Origin: Paramecium tetraurelia
Taxonomy: Eukaryota
Reading direction: 5' to 3'
Length of the DNA stretch: 64,000 nucleotides
NCBI GenBank assembly: GCA_000165425.1
Contig: CT868054.1
Coordinates: 1-64,000, forward strand
Numbering within the stretch: position 1 is the first letter of the stretch; each line of letters opens with the position of its first letter. Below, in pieces: positions 39,088-53,927 of the stretch. The translations under genes were made by a program, and so were the position numbers. The notes below the pieces were generated by a model. The model had not been told where the DNA came from. It was given only the letters and a program-made list of their open reading frames with translations, and did no database searches.

Positions 39088-41585
39088 TCATTATTATTAT
39101 TATGATACTTATTACGTCTATTACGTAGATTAGAATAAGCTAATCTGAATGTTTTGCCACTCCAAATTAGGATCATTTGTATAAAATGGATTTGTTGTCT
39201 ATGATAAACATTTTCAATACTTTTGCAGTTGGATATTCCTACAAAAATTCCAATTCATTTGATTCCAATTATTCAACATTGAAAGGTTTGTTCTACAAAA
39301 TGTGTTCGCAATGTGATTCTATTTAATTGTTATATTATTAACATACTTATTGTTTTATCTAGATTGGACTTGATCTCAACACTCTTCCAAAAGTCAGCAT
39401 CAAATTTACTCAAATCTTATTAGTATTCCTGAACATATTAAATTTGGGGTCCCTTATATGAATTTACTATTCAGAATAAATATTAATTGTTACAATACTA
39501 AATGACCATAAGTTGATACTTATGATTCACAATTCGATTTGATTCTGTTTGATTGTTTCTGAGCTTGTTCAATAATTTAACACTCAAAAGAGGTCTGTTC
39601 TATTGAATATAGAAAGAGACTAGTTGCTTGAATGCTTAAAAGTTAACTTCCTTATTGTGATAATTGGTGTGAATCAAGAGCTAAGCAAATTGATTTTACA
39701 ACTTAATGATGTCTTTTTCAGTCTTCAATTATGACAATAGATATTCTCCTGAAAGATCAAATTTCTTTTATAATTCGATGCTGTAAATATGTCCTTCAAT
39801 TGAAAACTGTTCTCTCAAATGCTTTTCCTCCTCCTGCTTTTATTACAGCTTTTGCAATTGTTTTTTCTCCTTTGGTGTCAACTTCTTCTACTCAACCTTG
39901 CCTTAATCCTATTACTTGAGTTTTAATCTATTCAAACCTTCAATCATTAGGCCTGCTGTTTCAATGAAGTATTTAGCACCATATCTAGTATCCATCGCAT
40001 CAAACATCTACAATAATGATCTGAGTGTGTATTTCCTTATTGAAAATTAATAGAAATCCAATTGATCATCATACATCTCTTAATAATGCTTGAAGATCAA
40101 ATAAAATTGAGCCAATGCTGGTCCAAGATAATTCAATCTTAAAAATGTTCTACCAACTCCCAATTCGAACCAAATCATTTATAATTCATATGGATTTGAT
40201 CCATCTCTCAAAAACATCCTCAATAATTCTTATGACAAATAAACCAGATTTGCTCTTAAGGCATACTTGATTGTCTTATTATTCAAATATCTATCAGCCA
40301 AATCCAATTATCTAGCTCGATCGGCTGTCTCATAGGCCTCCTTGAATTTTTCTTACTTATGCAATGCCTTTGCCTTAATCAAATACAATTCATGTAAAGT
40401 GGGTGTATGGGCAATGGCCTCTTCCACCAATTCCAATGACTTTGCATATTACTTAACTTAGTAGTAATGTTAGGATAAAAGCATCAATGCCCATAGCTTC
40501 TAGATTGGACCTGCATTTAGATATGATTCGAATGCCTCTCTAATTACGTCCAACTTCTCTTTTTATTTATATAAATGTTTGATTTCTCTGAACAAAGAAG
40601 GAAGAGACTTCTAAAAGAATGGGTCAATAAATTTCACAAAATTGGTTTTGAATGTGTCTCCACTCTATTCAGCTAATAATTGACCCTACACCAAAGTGTT
40701 ATCATAAATTGACAAATCGAATTATGGATTTGCCTTCTTCAACAATTAATAGTATTTCCAATTCTATGGTTACAGTTAAAGGAGGTGCTTTGCTGCTTCT
40801 ACTGCTTCTTAAGTCGATCCTAATTTGACATACAGATCATACTGGAGTTCATAATAGGCCACCATATCTGTGATGTCGCTTGGGATAATATAAAATATTG
40901 TACTTTTTGAATGCGCTTATATTTTATTTGGCCTTTTAATAATCTTTGGCGTCGATGGCGAGTTAGATTTAATACAATTTGAATTCATTCATTTCAACCT
41001 TCTTAATAGGATTCTACTAATCCTTTTAGATCAACTATTCAGCTGAACTGATGGCTTTAAAGGCTATTTCGTAGTTTCCAATTAAATGCTAAGCAAATAT
41101 GAATGCAATCCAATTCACTATCATGTTCGACTTTTTGGTCAATATCTTATGTCTAAGTTAAGCATTGCCCTCGAAATCCCTGGTATGAATTTACAAATTA
41201 GCAGTGTCTCTCTCCAATTGGATGTTTTCTTCTCCTTTATTAATTGCCTGTAGGAAACATTTTACAGCCTCAATATAATTTTTTTAGGCCTTATAAATTA
41301 AACCATAAATGTGCCAACAAAAGTCTGATCCCAAATTCTTATACACTGCTTGCTTAGCCAATTCTAATCCCTTCTGTTGTTCATCATTGTAATACATAAA
41401 GATGGCCTTGAGAGACACCACCTCCCAATTATCAGGCACTTACTCCAACAATTTTTCGGCATTTCTAAGACCCTTTTTATAATCTTTAGCATCAAGCAAT
41501 TTCTATTTTAAGCGATTATTCATACCACTAAAGCTTTGAATTCACCACTCTGTTTAGCATTTAATGAATTTTAAGCAGGTTTCAT
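39088..41585 (-). CDS. NAA15: N-terminal acetyltransferase A auxiliary subunit (NAA15/NAT1, TPR)
   Basis: KDYKKGLRNAEKLL, SDFCWHIYGLIYKA, ERDTANLQ, KGLPSLF-like segment, AIAHTPTLHELYLIKAK, DLADRYLNNK, RKYTLRSLL. Confidence 0.9.
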
Positions 41586-41770
41586 ATCTTACCAAATTAA
41601 ATAAATTAAATTATTTTATGTATTATCCCATCTTCGTTCGAAATATATTTTCATTTCAAATCGCACTAAGAAAGATATGATTAGTCAACCAAGGAAAATT
41701 GGAAATAAGACAATTTATATTCCATCGTGCAATATATCAAATAACTATTTAAAGAATATCTCATAATCAT

Positions 41771-42684
41771 TCATCTTAATTTTATTAAATCAAAATTTCA
41801 AGAACTGGTATTAACCACTTATTAATATCCTCACTGTTATGCAGCTTAATGCTTTCCAAATTACCATCTCCATCCTCGTACGTAGCTTTCAATGAAAAAT
41901 CTTCACTTATACTAATGAGTATGAGATTTCCTAGGTTCAATCTCAAAGATCTTACTTTTATGAATGCATTCCATACTCATAGGATCTATGAATTGGATTT
42001 CATTATCCAAAGGATTGAATATCAAGTTATAGTCTTTAAATTAATGATTATCTTGGACCTTAGCTAGTACACTCATAAGTTATTTATTATTAATGTTGTT
42101 TTATATGATGTCTGAATTTCTAGCTCGGTGTTTCTATTTGTTTATTTCTACAGATTAAATTTTATTCAGGATTTTCTCCTTTATCCTTATAACTTTCAAC
42201 TCCAAAGCTTCTAATTCATTAGCTCTTACTAAATCTATGCAATTCTCCACTACCTTAAGATTAAAATAAACACATACGCTTAAACAAGGAATCAGGATGT
42301 ATCTCATCAATTTCGTAAAGTAAATGAAAAAGGTGTTAGTATATTCATCCATTTCCAAGTTTTAGATCAATTTATACACTATATTATGCCATCTTGAATG
42401 GGGTAATATTATATATCCCTTGATGATAAATGGAACTATGAAACCAAAGGGGATTAATTCTAATATTAAAGTAAACATCCATTCTAATTCGATGAAGGAG
42501 TAAAGGAGCACCCTGAATATTCTCGACAACATTACCATTTGATTAATAAAGTATCCTCAAATTCTGAATTCTAATTTTTGAAAGCCTATTAGGTCTTCCA
42601 TGTTATTTGGAACACACAATAAAGACTAGAATTAGTAAATAATATTTACTTCATTAACTTTGTACCATAAACTATAAGTGACAT
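41771..42684 (-). CDS. Hypothetical membrane protein (weakly TB2/DP1/HVA22-like N-terminus)
   Basis: Hydrophobic frame IFRVLLYSFIELEWMFTLILELIPFGFIVPFIIKGY joined to ORF 42155-42358; introns present. Confidence 0.5.
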
Positions 42685-43124
42685 TTTTAATTATAATAAT
42701 AATTCTTTTGATGAAAATATTCGTATTATTCACAACTAAATTATTATTAAATTCAAGAAATTGTAATTCACTCACTTTTCACCTGAATTACACTTTAAAC
42801 TAGTTTTATATGACTTCTAAATGTGGCTTAAACTTTATATTTAAAAATATTAAGTAATTAACAAACAAAATACACAACCATTTGGTAATCGATTTGTGTG
42901 AATAGAAGAAATAGACTTTGTCATCGTTTTAAACTAAAGCTTTTTATTCGTGATTAATATTGCCATTATTTTAAATTTGCCGCATTTTTTTAATAGTAAA
43001 TATAAAAAAATTTAAATTTAAAACAAAAAAATCACAAACCACCCTTTTAATTCAAACTGATTCATATATCGCCATTGTCTTACTGTTTATCGGCTGTTTT
43101 TAACAAAGTTCTATAAAATAATAA

Positions 43125-44110
43125 ATGCTTGTTAAAATATTAAAGAAAATTAATTAGGATAAATTAATTTAAAATTAATTCTCTAAAGAACATTCTTGAT
43201 GAATGAATTTTCTTCTAATTAAAATAAATATAAGCTTTTGTAATGAAAATGGATATCTTTCTCAAAAATTTATTAATGAGTTCCTTAGTAACTCAGGCAG
43301 ACTCTGAGTTGCTAATGATAAAATAAAATGAATTCAAAGAAATAAATGATGATTTTCCAACGATGGGGCTTTTTTGCAGAAAGAAAGTTAAAAGAGAATA
43401 AGTTGATAATAGTCAATGCTGCTTAGTAGGGACTTAGAAGATTAAGGAAATAGCAGAAGATTAAAAAGAACAAGATGTTGGAATCAATAAATATATATAT
43501 GATATGTAAAAAAAAAAATATTTACGATTAGAAACAAAATATTAAAGGAATAGCAAGAAGAAGAGTTGATACTAGAACATCGTGTAGAGAATTCCATTCA
43601 GTACATTTGTGGTGAAACATTAGTATTTCCTAATATTATACCTTAGGTTAAAGCAATGAAATAACCTGATCTAGTTATTTATGATTGTCGATACCAATAC
43701 GAATTCGAAGGTGGACACATTATGGGGGCTGTTCATATGAATCATTCTATAAATTTATTCGATGAATTATTCAATTAAAGCCAATACTCAAAGAAAATTG
43801 TGGTGCTATACTGTGAATTCTCAATCAAAAGAAGTCTCGAAAAGTAAAAATAAAAATTTAATTTAGATATTTTGAGATTAGAAAATTAGACAGAAATATT
43901 AATTAATATCCAAAATTAACATATAACAACTTGTATCTATTGTGCGATGGGTACTCAAAGTTCTACTAAAACTTCTCTCACTTGTGTAATGGATTTTATA
44001 TTTCAATGAATGATCCTGCTTATGAGTAATAATTGGACTAAGAATAACAAAGAAGGATTATTGTGAAACAAAAGAGTAATTATAGAAAATCACTTGTTGT
44101 TTCAATATGA
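43125..44110 (+). CDS. Cdc25-like phosphatase (rhodanese fold); start uncertain
   Basis: IYDCRYQYEFEGGHIMGA, VLYCEFSIKR (CX5R), IRKLDRNINQYPKLTYNNLYLLCDGYSKFY. Confidence 0.88.
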
Positions 44111-44169
44111 ATTGAATTACACTTTATTTATAATATTATAAATTAAGAAGAAATAAAAATGTTATTTAA

Positions 44170-45472
44170 TCAGAATTAATGTAAGGATTTGAGATATTAA
44201 TTTAATCTTAAGACTTTTTGTTTTTGAGTTGAAATTGAAATTGCCAATACAATTTGGCTAATTTTGATTTATTTTGTTTTGAATATATGTAATGAAGAAT
44301 CTTATTATATTTTGTTGACAGTTACAGGTTGAATCATTTCGGTTTTTAATTGAGGTGAATGTACTGTTATAAATTAATAAATTTTATCGAATATTATATA
44401 ATATGGATTGTCGTTAGATATAATAAGTGTTCAAATCTTCACTTTTTTATATCCACATCTTTGAAATTGATTCTCTTGAAGTGAATAGTAATGGGAAATG
44501 CAATTCCGTTGCTTCGTCTTTTTGTCATTATTATTGAATTAGATGGAATTTTACTGTGGTTAATAATTGTAATAAATATTAAAGTTGATGAGTTGCTCTT
44601 CTTCGGTCGAGTTCGATAAGTGTTCCACTTGCAAAGCTACTTCCGTCTTCAATCCCTTTGAATTAAGATTTAATAATACCTCTGGATAAAGATGAGAATA
44701 TAAATAATAATCTTGGGTCTTTTCTGGATGAGCTAATGGCTTGGCAAATTCCATTATATTTTTGTAATATTCTTAATTTGTACTTCCGTACTTGAGAGAG
44801 ATCCTGGAAAGAATTCAAATGAAATAATTACTCTGGAATTCCATGCTTCAGACACGAATCAATGAATGACGATATATTGTAGCCAAGTTCTTCGATGAGT
44901 TTGATGTCATACTAGACTTGGGAGATAAATAGCTGGTCGAGATCTTTGATGTATTTGTATTGATAGAGTCCTGAGGCTCTGTAGTTAGGTACAGGAGTCT
45001 AATAATGTGTTATGTTTTTAAACATACTTCGAATAACCCTTGGACTTGTTGAAGGCCGTCTTTAAGAGACTCATTGTATTTTTAAATGTATCGACTCAGT
45101 TAATGAATATCTGCGTCGCCATAACTATCCAACTTTTTTACAACATATTCCCAAGGAGTAATCGAAAAATCTAATTGGGTGTACTAAATGACTAGTCTTC
45201 CTCGGTCGATCAAAACCTTAGAGACCTTTTTGTATGGATTTTGGCTGCTAACACCCAATTTAAGATTATTATTGAAGACAATATTTTTGGCATCAGAATA
45301 GAGATGAAAATCCTAGTTTATTAGTTAAAAAAAGGAAAATTACTCCATTCATTCTAAAGGTTGTAAGTGGATTAAGAAACCTTTTGGGGAACACGACAAG
45401 TTAGACTTGTTTCAAGTTTTTGTTTTCTTCTTCTTCATCACTACAAGAAGTAGTTAGTAAGTGCTAATCCAT
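44170..45472 (-). CDS. Hypothetical protein; 3' end approximate
   Basis: MDQHLLTTSCSDEEEE start; multi-exon coding-like frames including ORF 44560-44754. Confidence 0.5.
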
Positions 45473-45849
45473 CTCAATTTTTAATCAAATTAATTAAACT
45501 ATATCCATTTTTAATTTTAAGCATAAATAAGGCATTAATGATTAATTTGAAAGGAGAAAATATTATAATAATAATAACATTTAATGTTTTATCAAAAAAA
45601 TTAATTAAATTAACTTAAATCAATAAATGCACTTATGCATTTTATTGATTAGTAAATGCTAATTAATTATAATTAAATTATAACCAAGTTGAAAATAAGA
45701 GTAAAGTGACCCAATTTTTTATTCTAACTAACCTTTTCAAGAGGACACAAAAGCACCCAAAAATAGCAAAATAATACTCATTAAAAAAGTGTATTTAATA
45801 AAATAATCTAAGTTCATAAATATATAAATATATTTTAAATTATTCATTA

Positions 45850-47068
45850 ATGATTTTCAGAATCTCCAGGTCCTGCTTTTCGAGTATTTCTGTCAAATTA
45901 GTAAAATCGAATTTATAAAGCGTAGCCTTCTTTCAAAGTGCATCATTTGGAACTCGATCAACTCCCCCAAACAGCCACCACAACATCGGCTGAATTGCTC
46001 GCTTATTATAAGAGTATGTAATTGCAAAGACGTATGGAAATTGCTTGTGACAATCTCTACAAACAGAGATTGATTAGAGGTACATCATATCTAAATGCTT
46101 TCTAGGTTTCTTGCATCTTGCCGATGGTCAAGAATCAATATACGAAGGATTACATGCAGGATTAACATTTGATGACTGCGTTATCACAGCTTACAGAGAT
46201 CATTGCATCGCATTGCTCAGAGGTGATACTCCTCATCAGATTATTGCTGAGATGATGGCAAAACAAACTGGTAGTACAAAGGGCAAAGGTGGATCAATGC
46301 ATTACTACAAAAAAGCCACCAATTTTTATGGTGGTCACGGAATTGTTGGTGCCTAAATTCCATTGGGAACAGGATTGGCATTTGCTTAAAAGTATCTCAA
46401 AAAGCCAAATGTGACTTTGATCATGTTTGGAGATGGAGCAGCCAATCAAGGATAATTGTATGAAGCTGCCAACATGGCTCAACTTTGGCATTTACCAGCC
46501 ATCTATTTCATTGAAAACAACTTGTTTGGTATGGGAACATCCATTGACAGAGCCAGTGCCAATACCAAATTCTACACCAGAGGAGATGTCATTCCAGGAA
46601 TATAAGTACAGAAATTGACAATTTATTAGATTGATGGAAACAATGTATTCTAAGTTAGAGAGACACTCAAATTCGCCAAAAAGCACTGTCTCGAAAAGGG
46701 ACCAATCTTCATTGAAGCCATGACTTACAGATATCATGGACATTCCATGAGTGATCCAGGTGTCACCTACAGAACAAGAGAGGAAGTTCAATAATAGAGA
46801 AAGACCAGAGATTGTATCAACTATGTTAAAAACATTATTCTTGAAAACAAAGTGGCTGATGAACATTAATTGGAAGTATTTCATTACTTTATACTTTTAG
46901 GAAATCGATAACACTGCTTAAAATGAAATTGATATTGCTGTTGAATAGGCCAAAGTTGATCCAGTCCCACCAAGCACTGAATTGGCAACCGATGTTTATG
47001 TTGACAACTAAAATCATTTCATTAGAGGAATCTTATATAAGGATAGCATTCTACCAAAGAGTTAATGA
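45850..47068 (+). CDS. PDHA1: Pyruvate dehydrogenase E1 alpha subunit, mitochondrial
   Basis: [71 protein letters not shown]. Confidence 0.97.
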
Positions 47069-47143
47069 TAAATTACCATTTAGAAAAAATAATATATATA
47101 CAGCTAATGTATTTATTGAAATTCTCAATCTCAAAAAAAAGAA

Positions 47144-48034
47144 TCAAATGTCTAAAATATCATGTTCTTCTACGCTGAAAACCTAGCTGAAGAAGAAATG
47201 CTTGGATGTTGATTTTGGAAGTATTCTTAGGATATTTTCAATGTCCTTTTTGAATCCTAAATCTGTAGTCTGACTAAACTCTTGAAAGACCACACTTTCC
47301 AGGAATATTGGGTTCAAATACTTTTGTTGAATCACATAGTACAAGCGATCTGCAGTTCCTATCACAATCTATGCTTCCTTTAAGTACTTTCGATCTTAAA
47401 CAATAGAATTCTTTTTTGATACTTGATACACATTGTTGTAGTAAATGTTTAGATGATCAAGCATGACCTTGATAGCAATTGCACTTTGATCATCTGGAGA
47501 AACAATCATTACCTGAGGATACAAACAATCCTATTTAATAAATGCTATCGATGTTAATGCAATAACTGCATCTTTTTCCCATTTATCTTAATATTGCAGT
47601 AATGATTTATATTCAAACAACAAGTGAACAATAGACATCTACATAAACTTATTGATTTCTTGATATCCAAATTTCATGAATATTTTAATCATGTCTTTTG
47701 GGATGTTCAGTTAATGTATATTACTATACTTAGAGTATTTCTTCTTCATGTTCTCTAAGTTCAATTCAAATAACTCATTCAAGATCTCTGGATCAGCTAT
47801 CCTTATATACCCAGTTCTGATAATATATTGCTTTTTCATTTGTTCCAATTGCTTCTGAAATATTGATCTTCCCATACTTAGTGTGGATGCCAATTTGACG
47901 TTAGAGAATTGCTAAGTCAAAGGGTTGTTGATGCATGAATCGTATTGGTGTGGCTTGATGGTTCTCTTTGGGTTCTTGATGGAGTCGATATTTGTTTAGC
48001 AAGACTGCTGGAATTAAAGTTGATTTCGTAACAT
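47144..48034 (-). CDS. Degenerate DEAD-box N-terminal (RecA1) domain-only protein, 296 aa
   Basis: PQVMIVSP, AQIVIGTADRL, VVFQEFSQTTDLGFKKDIENILRILPK; no Walker A, no DEAD, no second RecA domain. Confidence 0.7.
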
Positions 48035-48054
48035 ATATAAATTTATTATTAACT

Positions 48055-49240
48055 TCAGATTTTTTTAACAATTTAAACAATATCTTCATCTAATAATTAA
48101 TGATCCTTTCCTACTTTCTGTGGATTGTATTTCACACTAGCTCCCCAAACTAGTGCATATCTGAAATCCTTAATCATACTTTTGTGTAACTTATTACAAA
48201 AATCGGTGATTGTTGAAAACTTTCTTTGCACAATAACAGGAGCATTGTAATCTATTGTAATCTATGATAATAAATACCTGGTTCTAATCCTTTTGGTTTG
48301 GTATAGATACGAATGAGATCTAAGTAATCCCAAATTCTTTCCACTAATTCATTCCAAATTCCATTCCAAAAAGGCAGAGATGGGCACGTAATGTGGAATC
48401 TTGTCCAAAACGTTGAGTTCTTCCAAAGTGATATCATCAATCTTATTCATTACGTAAAGACATGGGATGTACTTACGATTGCCTTCAATAACATCAATCA
48501 AGTCTTCGTCAGTAGCATCACATTTAAGGTTGATGTCACAATTGTTGATCTTATATTCACGTAGGATGGCCTATTTGATATTAATAATAGGATAAATACT
48601 TTAATTGTTTCATCGTCTAATCTTGGAGCATCCTGTGTTCTAGAAATGGTGATACCTCCTTTGTCTCGTTTCTTGAATTCTATTTATGGTGGTTATTTAT
48701 TCAATCTGATGCCAAATCCTTCAAGTTCTCTTTCTATGATTTTTTTATGAACCATAGGTCTTGTGGCATCCAACACAATCAAAATTAAATTGCAAGTACG
48801 AGCCACTGCAATAACTTATTTACCTCGACCTTTGCCGTCCTTAGCACCCTCGATAATTCCTGGTAAATCAAGCAATTAGATTTTAGCCCCTTTGTGTTGT
48901 AACACCTATTAAAATATTGAATAATCTCTACTCCAGGTATGCATGTCAGAGTAGTAAATTCATAAGCTGCAATTTTAGAAAACACTCCTGTAAGTTTTGT
49001 AAGCAGCGTACTCTTGCCCACAGAAGGAAATCCTATCATACCAATACGAGAATCCCCACTCTTAGAAACTTCAAATCCTTCTTAAGTGCCACCACCCTTT
49101 TTAGAGGAAGAGTCAATCATTTCTCTCTTGAGTTTAGCCAATTTAGCCTTCAACAATCCTAAATGGTAGGATGTGGCCTTGTTTTTTTGGGTCCTTGTCA
49201 TCTCAGCCTCAATTTCGGCAATCTTTTATGCTGTGGTCAT
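48055..49240 (-). CDS. DRG1: Developmentally regulated GTP-binding protein (DRG1/RBG1-like)
   Basis: [85 protein letters not shown]. Confidence 0.95.
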
Positions 49241-49253
49241 TTTTAATTAAAAT

Positions 49254-52200
49254 ATGATTGTACAAAAACAAACATCAGGATCAGGTGGATTCAAGATGCC
49301 AGCTGAAATAGCAAGAGGCAAGAAATATTAGCAATAGCATATCAATAATGACCTTCCAACCAAGGATGAGCTGTTTAGTTAGCTGGGAATAATGCCTGAC
49401 GATGACTCTGTTAGAGCAAATGATCATAGAGGGGATCATCTCAGAATTTCTAAGCAATTGATCTAAGATAAAGTAAGAGACTATTGTATATCCCTCTAGT
49501 AAGAGCAATTGAATTACTTGCCCCCGAAACCCCCAACTCCTTTAGTGATTAAATAGAAAGTAAGTACTTAGAGACTGACTTCTTAAGAATTAGAGAAAAT
49601 GCTAGAGGAGCATAGATAATAAATGCGTCCCATAGCTGAGCAATACGAGCAAATGAGGTTGAGTGATGTAAGAAGTAAAAGTTACAATCCAAAAAGTTAA
49701 CGATCCAAGAGTCCCAAAGTTAAAGTGACTTATCACGAAGAACCAGTTAATATTGATAAATTGAGAGTAATTTAAAATGTAATTATCTTCTTAGCGCTCT
49801 CAGAAGGATATTGAAGGCCCACATGGTGACTTTTTAAAAGGAGTGTTACCTAAATAAAAATTACAAAAATTCAAATCTGAATCTAAGTTGATATCCGACG
49901 ATGATTTCTAAAAGAAATTCAAAAATTATTTGAGAAATAAACGAAAGCAAGATTTGAGTAGAAACAGTTCTCAAGAGAAATTAGAATTTGACTTGTACCA
50001 GAGTACAAGTCCAAATAGAGGAAGATGGAATCAAAAACACATAAACAGAGCAGTATTTAAAGATAGGAGTGTTCTAGGAAATGATTCTTCAATCAGTAAA
50101 AGCAAGAGTATAAGTAAAAGTAAGAGTAAGAAGGATAAGAAAAGGGATTAATCAATGTCAGAATAACAATTATGTGAACAAATATTCAAGCAGATAGATA
50201 ATGTAAATAATATTAAATTATAATAGAAATAAGTAGGTCTCGTTGATAAAGTCCAAACAATTAAATACTTGATTTCTAATCCAGAAATCATGGAAGCTTT
50301 TAATATCAATCCTAAGGATCTAAATCAGCAAGTGAATAAATTTCCAACAAAACAATAAGGCGTTTTCACATAAAGTGAATTTACAAAGTTTTTGTAAAGG
50401 TACAAGAGTCAATATGATCATGAAGCATTTGGTGGATTGAGTCATGTATCATAGCAGTAGTAAGTTTCAAGTTGTTTATTGAATGAAGATTAAATCTAGA
50501 TCTTAAAGAATATATTTGATCAATTACAAAATGATATGATTGCCTAGAGAAAGGAATTAATTTAGGCATTCCGTAACGACATATAAGTTGTGAGAATGTT
50601 ACATGTTTAGGCAGCCTATGTTGCAGCAATTGATAAAATTCTTAATTTAGAATCTATCTTATCATAATTAGAAGCTTAGGCTTTTGAATTCCCTTACATA
50701 TCTTGGAAACAATTCATGGATGCTTTTGAGTATGATACTATGGTGAGCAAATAGTAATTATCATTTGCCAATCTAAAGGAGTCTCAAAAATAGGTGGATG
50801 ATCAAGACAGAATTGATGCACCTGAAGAATTGCAATAGTTGATCAAAGATTAATTCAATAAGATTGTAATGGATGATTATGTTACAGCCTTCGATCTCAT
50901 TGAATGCATAAGAAGAGCACCACTCTATTCATAACTCAGAAAACAAATAGTAAGAAAATAATCAAAGAAAAGTGATATCAAAGAGGAAACCTTGGAGTAA
51001 GTATTGAAAAGAATTGAAGAAACAGCAGAGGAGTATTTGACATTTCAAGAGTTTATGAGTTACTTTACAAGAAGAGGACAGCCTAAATTCAATGAAGAAG
51101 TTGCAAGTCTCGCTAAAAGTGTAAATGTAACTGAAGCCTTATAAAATGATGAAAATAGAATAGATGGATATGATTCAGATCCAGAACTACACACCTATTA
51201 GGATAAGATGCTACCTAGAGAAAGATTAATAAAAAAACATCCAAGTTAATAAGCATTATTGACATATTCTCATCGTAAGAAATCATTGCCATCAAAAACC
51301 CCTATAACTAAAGAGGATTTCTTGTCTGCCATTTAACCTAAACCATAATATGGTGCACATTCAAAACCAAGTGATTATCAATTTAAGGTAACTCAACCAT
51401 AACCATTCAATTTTGATAAGAGAGAAAAAGAACGTTCTCTTTCAATTAGGGAAAAGAAGTTATAAGAAATGTTAGACGATAAGAAGAGAAACAATTCTTT
51501 TAAGAGTTTCAAAGCTAAAGAGGTTCCTTAAATTGTGAAATAAGATGGTTTATATGAAAAAATAATGAATGATAATGAAAAACGAAGAGAAGAAGTCAAG
51601 AAGAATAGTGTTTAATTGACTCTTAAAAATGAGAGACCATTTTCATTTTATAAAAGAGACAAGCATTCATCAAAAAAACCACGCAGAAAGTATTGGGAGG
51701 AAAGAGAAAGGTTTGTTTTTAAGGCTAAAGCAATACCTTGGCATGTTCATGTGGAATTACTTAGACAAATGGAATAAGACGAAGAAACCAAGAGAAAAGA
51801 ACGAATTGCTAAACATGCTTAAGAATTGGCTATGAGTTCCAGGATGCCACCTAGAATGGAGATGCACGAGAGATAAAAATAAGGATAGCCATAATCACCA
51901 AAATATATGAAAACTCAATTATCCTACAAAGCTAAACCCATTCCAGATTTTGAGAAATTGCACTCATCCTTTTAGGATCAATTAAATCGCAAAAAACTAT
52001 AAATGAGAACCACTGAACCTGAACCTTTTAATTTCCAACAATCTCACAAAGGTGTAGATAGACCATATCTTGATAGAGAGAATGAAACTAAAATCAATCC
52101 AGTAAAAGAAGATAAAATTGAAGAGGCTAGAAAAAAAATGAGTATCAAGCCTGCAAGATAACCGCCTTCTACTAAGAAATGGGAAAGTAATTGTGAGTTC

Positions 52201-52694
52201 TTGAAAAAAGAGAGAATCAAGAAAGCTGAGAAGTAAGAACAACTCAAAAAAGAAGAATAAGAAAGACTGGCCAAAAAAGAAAAGGTATTTTTAATTCTTA
52301 TTTCCAAGTTCAAATAAAGAGTCTAATAATCAGAAGCCATTTAAGACAACTCCAAGAAACTTGAACAATAGAGAAAAGATAGAATTGCTCAATTAAAGAA
52401 GGAATCCAAAGAGTAGGAAATGAAACAAAAGCAAATCATTGAAAATTGTAAAAGAAAGGCTACTGAATAGCCATTACTTGTTGAGAGACGTAATATCATA
52501 TTAAAAGTATATTAGCCACCAAAAGAGATGTAGAATTAGAGAAAATGAAATAACTGAACAAAATTGATAAGATGCTGAAGTAAAACGGAGTCATGAATAG
52601 AGACGAGTATTTCAACAAAGAAGAGAAAGCTATGCTTGATGATATACATTATTTAAAGAAACATGGATATGAAGATGATTTTGAAAAAGAATGA
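49254..52694 (+). CDS. FAM161/UPF0564-like centriolar/ciliary protein with EF-hand-like region
   Basis: KVTQPQPFNFDKRE, FKAKEVP..LYEKIM..NEKRREEVK..ERPFSFY, FKAKAIP, YKAKPIPDFEKLH, TTEPEPFNF. Confidence 0.75.
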
Positions 52695-52750
52695 CCATGA
52701 TTTTGGATCAGAATGAATAAATATATATTTTATAATTTAATACTAATAAA

Positions 52751-53927
52751 ATGTTTGAATAAGATTATTACAAAAGAATAATCAATAAGTAAACCCCTCC
52801 AAACAGAGGCATGATTAATACAGCCAAGCCTTGGTTTCCTGAACTCAAACATCGCTTGGCTGTTAAAGGTACAATGCTTCAACCAAATAGATTACGATTA
52901 TAAATTTTTTGCTCTGCCTCCTAATAAGATGGTATCTTTGATGAAGAAAGAAAAGCTCAGCATTCCAACCGATAACCAAATTAGGGAATTCTTAAGAAAT
53001 CATTCCCTTAAACATTTAGTTCATTATAATGCAGACGATTATAAAAATGTAGAAGACATTTAACCGTTCCAATGTCTATCCTAAAAAAACATCAACCAAA
53101 ACCATCGTAAATTTATTAAATAACCTTAACAAAACATTAAGGGATTTTTCTTTGACTAAAAACCAAAAACTGCTCAATAAAATTTAGAAACCTAAACATC
53201 TTTATAATATTCAAAAATAAGAGAGTTACAATCATAAAATCTTTAAAATAGACCAAAGAAGGAGATGCCCTTCTAAGATATCTGCTAAGAAAAATCTAAA
53301 TTGAAATTTCATGAATTATCAGTTAAATCTACCCCAAGATTAAATCCTACAATTTCAAGATGTTTTCCAAGCGTAAATAAAATGAAAAATTACAGAAAAG
53401 TCAACTTATTGATGCGTTCCTTAAAGAAAATTAAATTACTTAACCTCACTATACCTTAGATTATGAAATAATAGATATTTCAGCGAACAGCATTCGCATC
53501 CTAGTATTCAAAGGAATTTATTTTTGCTGCAAAATAGAACAACATCAATTAAATTTAAAATTTGTTATAGACAAATCCATTTTTAGTGTTTCAATATGAT
53601 TTTTACAATATGACAGCTCTTCATTGGGCCTGTAAAAATGGTCATTTGGAGATAGTTAAAATCTTACTGTAACATCATGCTGACTTTGATGCTCTTGAAG
53701 TCATGAATAGAACTCCATTAAGTATTGCAATACAAGAAAATTAACAAGAAATTGTTAAATTGCTTTTGACATATGGTGCCAATCCTTGGAGTACTATACT
53801 AACTGATTTGAAGATACTTCTTTAGCGAAATCCTGAAATGAAGAAAATTGTAAGCGAAGCTAGAAAAATCTAAATTTTGAATAAATGGAGTCGACTCCCT
53901 TAGTCTATGTTTAATATTTCCTGGTGA
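52751..53927 (+). CDS. Ankyrin repeat protein
   Basis: MTALHWACKNGHLEIVKILLQHHADFDALEVMNRTPLSIAIQENQQEIVKLLLTYGANPW; 22-nt intron near 52869. Confidence 0.85.

Noticed and set aside
47901..48089. [15 protein letters not shown] as start of the helicase-like gene
   Set aside because: Alternative frame overlapping the DRG1 3' end; the real ATG is at 48034
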